A DNA stretch of 63,084 bases, the filler included, from Octopus bimaculoides (taxonomy: Eukaryota), in assembly GCF_001194135.2 (NCBI RefSeq). It is 4 parts of 4 records of this genome, joined end to end, with 100 filler letters (N's around TTAATTAATTAA, not from the genome) between each part and the next. Parts side by side here need not be neighbours in the genome. Positions count along the whole stretch, not along the records: positions 44,950 to 63,084 come from NC_068984.1; 3 more parts are not named here. One strand, given 5' to 3'. Positions 51,071 through 63,084 of the stretch are shown here, piece by piece. Position 1 is the stretch's first letter. Each line of letters opens with the position of its first letter. Position numbers and translations under genes: made by a program. Under the pieces are notes generated by a model that was given only the letters and a program-made list of their open reading frames with translations, did no database searches and was not told the origin of the DNA.

Positions 51071-51565
51071 AATTCATATATACACCCATATCTACCACCT
51101 CTTACTACTTCCCCTCCGCACACAGAACCGATTTTTGCACCACGTGGTCGATTTCCTGTTCAACATGCGGCCGTATTTTTCAAGGAATTGTTGTCGCTGA
51201 AATACCAACATCAAACTGCTATACAGCGTAACCTTTCTCGACCAATCGCACGGTATCGTCGAGTAGTAAACATTGACCCCCTTCAATCGAATTCTCATTC
51301 AGACCCCAGTGGGCGAAGACTAGCCATACGCTTGAGACTCAGAGGACCAAAGACCCTGACTCAAACTGTGTTGATCTATAGATGTGACTCCCAATAAAAC
51401 GTGTTGAGTGACTTTATTCCGTTTGTCTGCTCACTGGTACTGATATTATACACACATACGTACCTACACACATACATATGTATGTATGTATGTATGTATA
51501 TATGTATGTATGTGTCTATCTATGTATATACACATACATGCATACAGAAAAATATAGGTTTAGAT

Positions 51566-51618
<53 letters not shown>

Positions 51619-52257
51619 NNNNNNNNNNNNNNNNNNNNNNNNNNNNNNNNNNNNNNNNNNNNNNNNNNNNNNNNNNNNNNNNNNNNNNNNNNNNNNNNNN
51701 NNNNNNNNNNNNNNNNNNNNNNNNNNNNNNNNNNNNNNNNNNNNNNNNNNNNNNNNNNNNNNNNNNNNNNNNNNNNNNNNNNNNNNNNNNNNNNNNNNNN
51801 NNNNNNNNNNNNNNNNNNNNNNNNNNNNNNNNNNNNNNNNNNNNNNNNNNNNNNNNNNNNNNNNNNNNNNNNNNNNNNNNNNNNNNNNNNNNNNNNNNNN
51901 NNNNNNNNNNNNNNNNNNNNNNNNNNNNNNNNNNNNNNNNNNNNNNNNNNNNNNNNNNNNNNNNNNNNNNNNNNNNNNNNNNNNNNNNNNNNNNNNNNNN
52001 NNNNNNNNNNNNNNNNNNNNNNNNNNNNNNNNNNNNNNNNNNNNNNNNNNNNNNNNNNNNNNNNNNNNNNNNNNNNNNNNNNNNNNNNNNNNNNNNNNNN
52101 NNNNNNNNNNNNNNNNNNNNNNNNNNNNNNNNNNNNNNNNNNNNNNNNNNNNNNNNNNNNNNNNNNNNNNNNNNNNNNNNNNNNNNNNNNNNNNNNNNNN
52201 NNNNNNNNNNNNNNNNNNNNNNNNNNNNNNNNNNNNNNNNNNNNNNNNNNNNNNNNN

Positions 52258-52302
<45 letters not shown>

Positions 52303-53039
52303 TAGATAGGCACATAATAATTAGTTGACATCAAAAGGAATTTTATTAAAATTTAAAGAGTAGAGTTTTTCTTTTACATAATAGTTCTCAAAGTATCGTT
52401 TGGAGAGTTCTGTGTTTGTGTCCCACAGACTACCTTCCACATTTTTTATTCAAACAATTTTTCATTATTTACTAGCCGTTCTTTATAGCTGTATGTGAAG
52501 TAATGGAGAACTATTATTCACGCACACACACATACACACACATGCATACACACAAACACACACACATAATCATACGCGTAAATATATATATACATTTGTG
52601 TGTATGTGTTTCTATGCATGTGTGTGTGTGTGTGTGTGTGTGTTTATATATTAAGTATACATGTTTTGATTGAGATATATTTTGTGTAAGCTTGGCCTTT
52701 GCAGAAGCATGTCTGAGTCAATGGGGCGCTTGTTCTTTGTGATTAACTAAATTTTTTAATGTCCGCATATATCTGTGCCTGTTATGTATATATGAGTGTG
52801 TTGATATAATTGTATGGAAGTCATAATGCAAATTAAATGCATGCTTCATTTCATTTTATAGTTGTAGGTGTATATACTTTCTATATGCACATATGATGGT
52901 TTGCGTATATTTGACCAGGAATTTCAAATGGAGAATTCCTCAAATATTTTACCGATAATGTGAATAATGGAAATCACGCTAACCTGTTCACTTTTGGAGA
53001 AATTAACCATTCCTGTGCAAATCTGTAGTTACCAATTTA

Positions 53040-53078
<39 letters not shown>

Positions 53079-55758
53079 ATATCTATCTATCTATCTATGT
53101 TATTCATAGTTACGTATAACATTTGTCACAGCTCGCTGTGCGCCATAATTCATTACCGAATGGGTTCATCAGTTTTTTAAAGATGTCTGTACCTTTGGTT
53201 TGAGTTACATTTTTACGCATCGCCAACTGCCAGATTTGGAAAGTAGAAGCTTCATTGTTGCATTCATACAACTAACATGTATATTGTTTTCAGTTTAGAT
53301 TTGTATTCCAAAATCCTACGACATAAACATCGCCAGTTTCCTTAAATGAATACTCTCAAGCAGAACACTACTGCTTGAGCATAACTACTGATATTATTGT
53401 AATAATATATATATGTATTGTTGACTTATATCAACCGAAATGAAATGCATAACATATATCTAGAATAATTGATAAGAAATATATTTAAGAAATGAAACTT
53501 TAGAAAGTGAATTTCACGCGTACATATCATGTATAGTAATAACCATTTCCCATTGGGAAATTATTACATGAACATCGGATATATTAATTTAGAATTTGTT
53601 TTATTAGATGCTATAATTGCGGAGTTGTAACACAATTAATCTCCATTAGTGACTGTGAGCAGAAACTATATCTAACACAATCCATTTTACTTTATCGCTA
53701 CTAACAATGTTTTGCATTTCTGTTTTGACGGTGAAAATTTATAGAAATGCCCATATTAATGGTAATGAATACAAATATACCTTCACAAAAACATATCTAC
53801 TCGCATGGAGTTTTACTTACATAAGCACGTACACAACCAATTTATTGTTACAAGATTTTACTGAGCGTATTGTTTACAGAATAGTCCCTTAAAAATATAG
53901 GGCACGGCTTCATTTTGCTTTTCAAATATATTTTTTTGATAAATTTGCTAATATTTATGTACGCTGAATATGAAATTTAATCTTAATTGACTAGCATTAA
54001 ATCATAATACGTAGTGAGTCTAATACCAGATTGCAGATATTACTTGAAGTCTCTACATATAATGGTGAATTCTATCATCTGAGAGTAGCTTATCGACAAA
54101 CTGGTATGAAGCCTATCGCCTGCACACTCTAGCCTGTATTGTAAAGTGTAAAGTAATTAGTGAGGCATCCATGTTATGGAGAGAATGATTTTCTCTACCA
54201 TGCGATCCACCGCTGTTGTAAAGTGCACCGTAATTACTGAGGCTTCCATCCTATGGACAGAGTGATTTCGTCTAGCTATACATAAGTACAAACAACTTCT
54301 ACATTTTCTCTTCTTTCATCACCCATTATGTGTCGTCTAAGGCTATGTACTAATATTCTACTCAGTCCATTCAAATAATTTGCTCCTTCATGTATCGTTC
54401 CTGCAACCATCGACTGACGAATATTTAAGAATACCATTACCTACCCTCTCCAGATCATCACGTGGTCATCACATTTTTTCCAAGATTGACGTTATCCCTT
54501 TAGTAAATATGTTTTATTTTTTGTTTCAAGGCTATAATGTGTGATTTGTGATATAATTGGCGAGTATTTTCAATAATGTCAGCAACTTTGATTCAGTAAT
54601 TTTCCATAGAATTTACTATGAACGAATAATATTACCTACACCTAAAGCTTGTATATCAATTTCTATTTTTAACGTCAGATAAGCTATCACAACTAATGGG
54701 TTAGTTCGTTTACTTCTGTGAGAACGTGAGCACCTTCACAGACGGCATGAGTTTTGTTTTTTATTGTTTGCGAGGATGTTAAGGGGATAGACAACGGTAC
54801 TTTAACATAATTTTACTAGATGTCAATTTACAATGAATCTTTCGCGCTGGTAAATTCAGTCAATGAAGTCGAAATAGTAAAAGCACTGCAACTGACTCAG
54901 TATACAGATCATGGTAAAAATAAGGACTGAACTTTTATATGCTATAGATAAAGAGAACAATTAAAAAAATATTTTTACTGCACAAGATAATTCTTGTAAA
55001 GATCAATGTGCGAATTCTATTTTTCTGACGGTACGAATGTAATGTTCCTATTGTTAATAGACTAAAGAACCAAATACATGCATCTTCGAAACATCATCAT
55101 TTGTATCGTTGTATTGTCGGTTGATCAAGCTGTTTTTACTTTGAACGTCTCTTTCGGTCTGTAACACTGAAAGTTGAAGTTATTTTGCAATGGTCTTTTA
55201 GAAATTAATTGAGAGCCCTAATTAATTTTATACATTTAATTTTGTTTACTAAGTGTTTCATATGTTCTAAACTCGTAGCTATGTATAACGTCTACAAGAT
55301 TTCCGTATTTCGCAATTACACAGATATTCTCTTAAGCTTAATTTCTGTGGATGGAGGAAAAATTTCCAATCTTGAATTCCCCTTAATAACACTTACGTTG
55401 TGATGGTGTGCTGCGTTTCTTTTACTAAACTGTCAGAATTTTCGATGGTTTTTGGAAAGGATTATTTTCGCCAGAATATTTCAGCCAACAGTTGATAAAC
55501 TATATCATTATGCATTTAGAAGGCAAAACCATTACATTTACCTACACAACCAGTTTTAAGTATTTTCTTGTACCATAACGAAATAAAGTTGGCAGCAACT
55601 TCTAGCTTCTGGCTATGAGTTAGGCTAAAAAGACAGTATCGTCAAAACTTAGAATAAGAGTAACATATCTTCGACAGGGAATAATTATTCATCACTGACC
55701 AGTTGTTTTATTAATTTGTTTAACTTCTTAAATGTCTTTCTGCCTATCTACATTTGCA

Positions 55759-55861
<103 letters not shown>

Positions 55862-57197
55862 CCACAACACATATCTATACATATATGTGTAGAAATATAT
55901 TATATGTATGTGTGCATGCATTCATTCATATACATATAAATTGATTTGGTTGCGTCGTTTGGAATATAATACACATAGCTTTATGCATTTATATTTTAAT
56001 GCAAAATTAAATGTGATGTAAGTATTGATATAATATATATGCAGGTATATTTTACAGTTAAATATCAAAAAATAATTTTTGTCTAGCATAGCAAGTTTAT
56101 AAAAATATTATGCAAATATCAGATTTGTATTAATATTTAAGGTACATATTTATTTTTATATAAATAAGCAGATAAAAGAACGACAGTTTGCAAAGTTATG
56201 TTGAATTTATGAATATTTTTCTAGGTTTTGTTTATTTTCACTTTTAAGGATTTTTATATATAGTTTTTAGTGATTTTTGCTGTCCACTATTTCAAAAACG
56301 TTAGCGTGTATTTATATATTACATAAATAAACTATAGTCTATAATTATGCTCTCTCATGACACTCAATTTGCATTTTGTGAGGTACTGAACTACGTATGA
56401 AAATAAAGAAAAAATATCGAAATCTGATGGATTTATATATTTTTGAAGAATTATGTCAATGTGTGTTCCAAAACCTATCGACAATATATGTGATCTATAC
56501 ATATGCAATTCATGGAGAGAATAACATTAAGGAATTTCTTTTTAACAACTGTATGATCTGTAGATACGAACGAAAGAAAATGTGAAAACAAAAAAAACAC
56601 TACTTGTTGGGTGTACTTTTAATTCACAATGATTTTTTTTTTTTTTTGGTATTTGAAATGAACATTTGGCCTCCAATCATTACGCAGATTGATTATCCAT
56701 CATCCAATGCTATAACATATAATAAGAATTGCGTTGTGTAATAGCAGTTAACGTTACAAATCGGTTTCGATTAGTGTTATACTTTCAAATTGATATTACT
56801 TACAATTTGAAATTCTGAAGAAACGATATCAGGAGAGCAGATACACAGTGAAAATTTGGTTTAATAATGAGTATTCTCTTCAGAATATGCTTACATTCGA
56901 GACGTTTTTTTTATTGAAATCTTAAGTAATACAGCCTTAATTTTAGAATAATTCAGCTACTGACCCAGATCAGCTTTACGCATTTACAGTCTTAAAGAGA
57001 ATAACAATTGAAGATATTTCATCCTGTTCCTAAGTCAGCGTTAATAGTTCTAACAGAAGTTTCAATACTTGAAATTAACTGCTGTTCTTACAAGACACAA
57101 CTCAGGATTCCTAAAGTCATTGTCACGTGTACAATTGTCGATATTAGTGTAACCATAGGTAAATATCCGAAATAAAAAAATGTTGTTTTTTTTACAG

Positions 57198-57366
57198 TTC
57201 CTTTAGTTGAAACAGGCACCAGTGGTATCTTAATTCAAATACAAGTGGTCGATTATTCACATATGTACTACTTTAGAATAAAAACAAATGATCGTTTTAA
57301 TATGCTGACTGGGTTTACTATGCTTCATTTGACTGCCATTAGCGGAGGCTATTTGTTTGCAAACAT
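57198..57366 (+). CDS. Candidate exon with cadherin-repeat-like motifs
   Basis: tgttgttttttttacag| acceptor; open frame PLVETGTSGILIQIQVVDYSHMYYFRIKTNDRFNMLTGFTMLHLTAISGG resembles cadherin TGxIxxxxxLDY...YxFxVxxxD; possible donor AT|gtaggt. Confidence 0.3.
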
Positions 57367-60300
57367 GTAGGTTAGAAGTCCTCTGTGACGGTAATGTCCT
57401 CCCATCCTACAATCGTTTAATATCAGTTCAGCTTTATACTGTTTGAGATTTATCATTTTCATAACCATGCCTCATCTGAATAAACTATAAAATTCTATCC
57501 GGGAAGCCAACAGAAATCAAAAAGAATAGACCTCAAGATATATTCCACAGCAGTAAGGTATTTAGGTTGGTTATAAAATAACATCTGATTTATTTACACC
57601 TGTGATTTTTTAAATATTATTTGTGTGCTTTCATATACATATTTATGCTTCTGGCCATCGCGCAATAAAATATGTTTTACAAAGTAATTGCACAAAGGTT
57701 ACTAATCATACACTAAATGAATTATATGTGTTTTTTTTCAATTTGCTTTATTCATTGTGCTTTTTTTGTTTCGTTGTAACATTCTTCTTACTCTGCTAAT
57801 TAGGCTATGCATGATTTATAGAAGACGAATAATGAGCGTTTCCAATTAAGTTTGAACATCTGAAACAAAAAAAACAAAAACTATTTCTCGAAAGAATAAA
57901 CGTAGTGTTCCCGAATTTCTTGAGAATTTTCTGTAAAGAAACTTCTGGAAAATATATAAATATAAAAAACCAAAAGAAAGCAACAAGAAAACATGCAGTG
58001 ACATGGAGTTAAAAGAACAAACTCTGATGTGATAGTAACAAAGTTTAAGTGAAGTATTTCTCTTTTAAGTCTTATGCATATGTCTGTCTGTGTGTAGTGT
58101 GTGCGCGTGTGTTTGTGCATGTGCGTGCCTGGGTGTGTGTATGTGCGTGTGTGTGTAAACTCTGATAAACATAGAGATAATAAAATAGTTTTCTAAGCAT
58201 GACAAACATTCTACGATTGCACCAAAATATCCTTCGATTCTTTATGCATTTTACAATGTTTATTGTTACCAGCAAGTATTGAACGTTGCTGCTATCATGG
58301 AATATTAGAAAATTCGCGATATAAGTCGGTTTCAAAGAATGAGCACCAAGTAGAAAATATATTAATAATAACCTATACATATTACTAAAACGCTTATCAT
58401 TTTCACAGATATGAGTGCATTTGAGTGTATATGTATGCTGAGTGTGCGTGTGAAGGCATATGTGTGTAAATATTCATATGCATGTATATATGTATACATT
58501 CATATATAATATATATGTATACACACATATATATACACAGGCATACAACCATATGCATTACTTTAAAAAAAACTCGATTCAATAACACTGTGTACAAACT
58601 CTATGCTTGGAATAACCATTTTTAAATACTATTGGAACTTACTCAAAATATACTGGAATCTTATATGTATACCATTCTGCCTAAATAATAGATCTCCAGA
58701 TGCAATATCCCTGCATATCCCACGCCTATTTTCATTTCTTCACTTCACTCTCTATTTCATATCTTACCTAAAATAACTATTGCTTAACCATTTTTCTCAC
58801 ACCGTCTCTGTAAGACCTTCTATTTATAAATGTTCTAAAATCTTTCACAGCCTTGGATTTTTATCTTATTCTAAAAATGTATGTGTATATATATACATAT
58901 AGTTCAAAACATAGGAATGAACACATGAGAAGTCAGAATACGAAATACGATTATAAAAAAATTGAGTGGGAGAGATTTTGCAATGTTGTTAGATAACAAC
59001 AAATTTCTACTGTAACAAGAGAGAATTTCACTATGATAAGTCTCAACGTAGTTTCAACATATTTACTAGCTTCGTCACCTGCGTAAAAATGATAAAAGAT
59101 TTAATATATTATACATGTTTTCAAATGAACACGTAAACAGTCTTTCTGTGTTTAAATTGTAATTTAATTGTAATTTAAACAATTTCAAAATATTTGAGGT
59201 TCAATAATTTGCATTAAGGAAAATTACTCTGTAAGTTAGTAAGAGAGAGCTATATTATTACACTTCATCAGAAAATGTTCCGCATATCAGATAACTGTTG
59301 GAAATATTCATGAATGCTTTGATCTGCTTATACTTTCCCAGCAAATTATTGTCGAAGTGATGTCATCTGAAGAAACAATTGCCTGCTTAGTAAATTTCAT
59401 TGATTTGCCAAATGAAATAATGGATTGAAAAGTTTTCGGAAATTTCCTTTTGCCTAATTTGTAATTTTAGCTAATAATCCTAATGTGTTGCAGCGATAGT
59501 CGTTTTTAATGAGTTGAAATTTGTATCATTGCATGAAGAAAATTAGTTATAGCATATATTTGTAGTGCGTCGGTTGGGCAAGAGCAATGAATCCTTCTGT
59601 GTTTCATATTCATGAACCAACTCCAATCTCGTATAAAATATTTCTTCACATAATTTGAAATCCCTGTATGATTCCAATATGTAGTTTAACAGTTGTTATA
59701 TTGCAGATTATCTGTTGGCGCACATTTAATTTATGTCGATACATGTTGATTTTGTTGTTAGCCTGTCACCAAATTACATACTCTCTTGTAATTTTATTCG
59801 TTTATTCATTAGTAGCGGCTTCCAATCAGACACCATTTAAATATTTTCATCGTTCATATCAAATCTAGTAATTATCACCGACTGGAACGTATTTTAACGT
59901 TTGACAAATCTTTCGAACATACACTCAAAGCACCTAAACTGTATAACCTGCAAACAAAACATACTGAAGCTCGTACAGATACAAACACATATACGACCTT
60001 TTTGTACTCAAATACAGACACAACCACATGTCCACACGCAACACGCAGTCAAAAGCATGTACTAATTAGCAATATTTGCTGTAAAGGAAACGTTTCAAAT
60101 GTCACTTTCTAAAAATCAGAATTCGTTCCAAGCCGTTGCGTTGTTGCAAGAAAACTTTGGAATAGAATGTCTATGACTATGGGAGTCTTGTTTTTAAACA
60201 TTATATTTTATATATAAGTTTGATGATAATTAATTGCGAATAATTTTGAGGTAGTTATACATCAAAGCAAATATGATTATTATTTCCTATAACACTACTA

Positions 60301-60945
60301 AATTTCGGCTTGCAAATTTAAGATATCAAAGAAGAAAAACAATAATATTAGATCTCTTTCAAATCATTTGGTCTTTGACAGATTTACTCGAGCCAAAGTA
60401 ACATATCATACGGTCGGATAATATGAAATCAATATATTCTACCAATATTAATTTACACGAGAGCGGACGATGTTGCGGTTGCAGCATATGAAGCTATAAA
60501 CTGTATGTTATGAATCTATCACATATATTTGAATGAAAACATAAAAGTACAGCATACTTAAGCAAATACAATTCCACACAAATTACGTAGATTGACGCCC
60601 AGACACTAGACGTACACGTGGATATGTATATATGTATATATATATATATATATNNNNNNNNNNNNNNNNNNNNNNNNNNNNNNNNNNNNNNNNNNNNNNN
60701 NNNNNNNNNNNNNNNNNNNNNNNNNNNNNNNNNNNNNNNNNNNNNNNNNNNNNNNNNNNNNNNNNNNNNNNNNNNNNNNNNNNNNNNNNNNNNNNNNNNN
60801 NNNNNNNNNNNNNNNNNNNNNNNNNNNNNNNNNNNNNNNNNNNNNNNNNNNNNNNNNNNNNNNNNNNNNNNNNNNNNNNNNNNNNNNNNNNNNNNNNNNN
60901 NNNNNNNNNNNNNNNNNNNNNNNNNNNNNNNNNNNNNNNTATATA

Positions 60946-60995
<50 letters not shown>

Positions 60996-62039
60996 AACAC
61001 ATTATCCCTCGCATGCTCATAGTATATATGTTTTGTTTGAACACCCTTTTGCTGGGAGACAGCGTCCGGCGAAATCTTCCTACTCGTGTTAAAGAATACC
61101 GAGATAAGTCGCCCCGAAATGATCGAGTTTGACAGGTACCGATCATTAAAGCCATTACTTATCAATATACGCAGATCAATTTGAGGAGAAATTAATCACT
61201 GGTTTGGAACCTTATGCAGCGATTCATTTCGTTTCTGTGTTATAAATCACTGTATCCTATTATTAACCAATACTTTAAGAAAAATATAGTACATAAGTAC
61301 TCCGTCACTTCTTATGGTTCAGAACATTTTTATATTGGTGCGTTCTCTTCCCCATCAAATCTTCGCTAGAATAATCACATATCTACATTTAAGCATAAGG
61401 AAGAACCTAACAGTACATCTTTACCAATTTTTATACTTTCTCTCACTGATAATGATATTGAATTTAAATTGCTTGGATTGTTTTATATAATGCACAGTCA
61501 TATGATGGTGACGGTGTCTGGTGTGGGTTCTGTGTATCCCAAGCATTTAATATTAGTAAAATTAAATTAATTATTATTAATATTGATTGAGTGTAAGTTA
61601 CTAGCATCTTATATATACATCTTTGCTACATTCTAACTATGCATTATTATATATACACTAATAAATCTCACTAAATTATTATATATGCACTAATCCGTTT
61701 CGATTTTTGTTATTGAGCAATCCCGTAACTTTGTTAACCGTAATTCTGTCCCACCTTAGAAATAGATAATGTATTAGACTGTATTCAGTGCCATTTGTAA
61801 GGAACTTATTACCCATTAATACCAGCAAATAAATACAAATCGTTCATATATGCTAGTTAATTTCATTCTTTCATTTACTGTAAATTCGTCTTACCGCAAT
61901 AACAGATAAGGTATTAAAACCTACCCAGGTATTCTGCTCCCGTTACGAATACTAGTAAATAATCTCCTACTTGTTATATTTTTATTTTAGGGACAGATAA
62001 ATTATTGAAACAATTTACGATTTGCAAAAACACTTGTCT

Positions 62040-62135
62040 CATATATATTAGCACCTGAAAGATAATTTCCATCTGATAAGTTTAAGTGTAGATATCAGAT
62101 GGGATTCGTTTATCTTTTAGGTGCTAACATGTATG
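62040..62135 (+). ncRNA. Candidate pri-miRNA-like hairpin
   Basis: ~38-bp stem, 14-nt loop, three G-U pairs, one A-C mismatch and one asymmetric internal loop on the plus strand; no known mature miRNA recognised. Confidence 0.4.
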
Positions 62136-62287
62136 GCAGATAGGTATTTTTACACATAGTAAATTGATTATTAAACCTAAGCAAATAAATTTTAACGTAG
62201 ACCAATGAAAGGAAAAATTCTCAACTGCAGTTAGCCACAATTTAGCCTCAAACTATATTCAGACATTCAACTAATGCATTATACGTA

Positions 62288-62501
62288 TTCTTCTCTACGC
62301 TACGCACAAGGCCCGAAATTATTGGAGAGGAGACCTGTCGATTAGATCGACCCCAATACGCAACTGGTACTTAATATATCGACTACGAAATGATGAAGGG
62401 AAAAGTCGACCTCGGCGGAATTTGAACACAGAACATAGAGAGAGATAAAATACCGATAAGTATTTCGCCCGGCTCGCTAACGTTTCCGCCAGGTCGCCGC
62501 T
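62288..62501 (-). mobile_element. SINE family A, full-length
   Basis: gcacaaggcccgaaatt...gatcgaccccaatacgcaactggtactt...aaagtcgacctcggcggaatttgaacacagaac...gctaacgtttccgccaggtcgccgc. Confidence 0.88.
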
Positions 62502-62880
62502 TTCGTATGCTACATATTACCAGTTGACTTATAATACTCCAGTGTAAGTTGTTTGACGCCAGGACAATTTGTTTATTTATTATTGAAGTTGCTACCCGCT
62601 AATAACTGCATTACTTTGAAACTCTTCACCGTGAAAATCCAGTGTACTCTTCCACGTTGAATGAAATTAGATATCATTTAATTTTTATTGTTATGCATTG
62701 TTCATTAAATGTACTGTTATAATCCAGTTTCAAAGAGTAAATTTCATTCAAGTGATTACTTTTTAAGATTAATGACCGATTATGTGTTTATATCCATATG
62801 CTTCTAATTGAATCAGTTTAAATATTTGTCATATTAGATATTTATATATGCTGCATTTGTATGTAAGGCGTGACTATGCC

Positions 62881-62920
<40 letters not shown>

Positions 62921-62923
<3 letters not shown>

Positions 62924-63075
62924 GAGAATATACAAATAATAACAACAGACGAGGACAGGTGGTGTAAATAACAAAAGTATATATTAGTATGACGCTCGGG
63001 AATACGGAAAGTCTTTGACGTTTCGAGTTACGCTCTTCAACAGAAAGAATACGGAGACAAGGAGAAAAACACATA
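62921..63075 (-). mobile_element. Repeat family H, copy 3 (best-preserved hammerhead fold, 63012-63048)
   Basis: Minus strand: tcttt-CTGTTGA-a-gag-cgtaa-ctc-GAAAC-GTC-aaaga; adjacent to (TA)n. Confidence 0.8.
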
Positions 63076-63084
63076 CACACACAC

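Noticed and set aside
34484-53380. Short perfect hairpins (~34490-34522, 45818-45841, 53356-53380)
   Set aside because: 9-12 bp stems are expected occasionally in 63 kb of AT-rich DNA; no supporting context

Overview
Repeat-saturated, AT-rich eukaryotic intergenic/intronic DNA from a short-read draft assembly. It has 13 N-gaps, nearly all flanked by (TA)n/(CA)n/(GA)n microsatellites; three are 100-bp placeholders containing TTAATTAATTAA. The SINE families and microsatellite style point to a cephalopod, probably Octopus (inference from recalled repeat sequences, not a search). No protein-coding gene is confidently identifiable, and almost all ORFs in the supplied track are gap- or microsatellite-derived. 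Supported content: about 25 copies of at least four tRNA-derived SINE families; 5'-truncated R4/Dong-like non-LTR retrotransposons inserted strand-specifically in (AAT)n; a CRE-like endonuclease remnant; a Penelope-like GIY-YIG C-terminal remnant; a mariner 3' end; and several MITEs. The best leads are RNA-level. (1) A tRNA-headed SINE-like element carries tandem minimal hammerhead-ribozyme folds (12605-12938). (2) A (TA)n-anchored repeat family, three copies, carries a hammerhead fold with a shared non-canonical core (CUGUUGA). (3) A pri-miRNA-like hairpin (62040-62135) lies at the edge of an ~17 kb SINE-poor zone. A few weak splice-bounded candidate exons are reported at low confidence.
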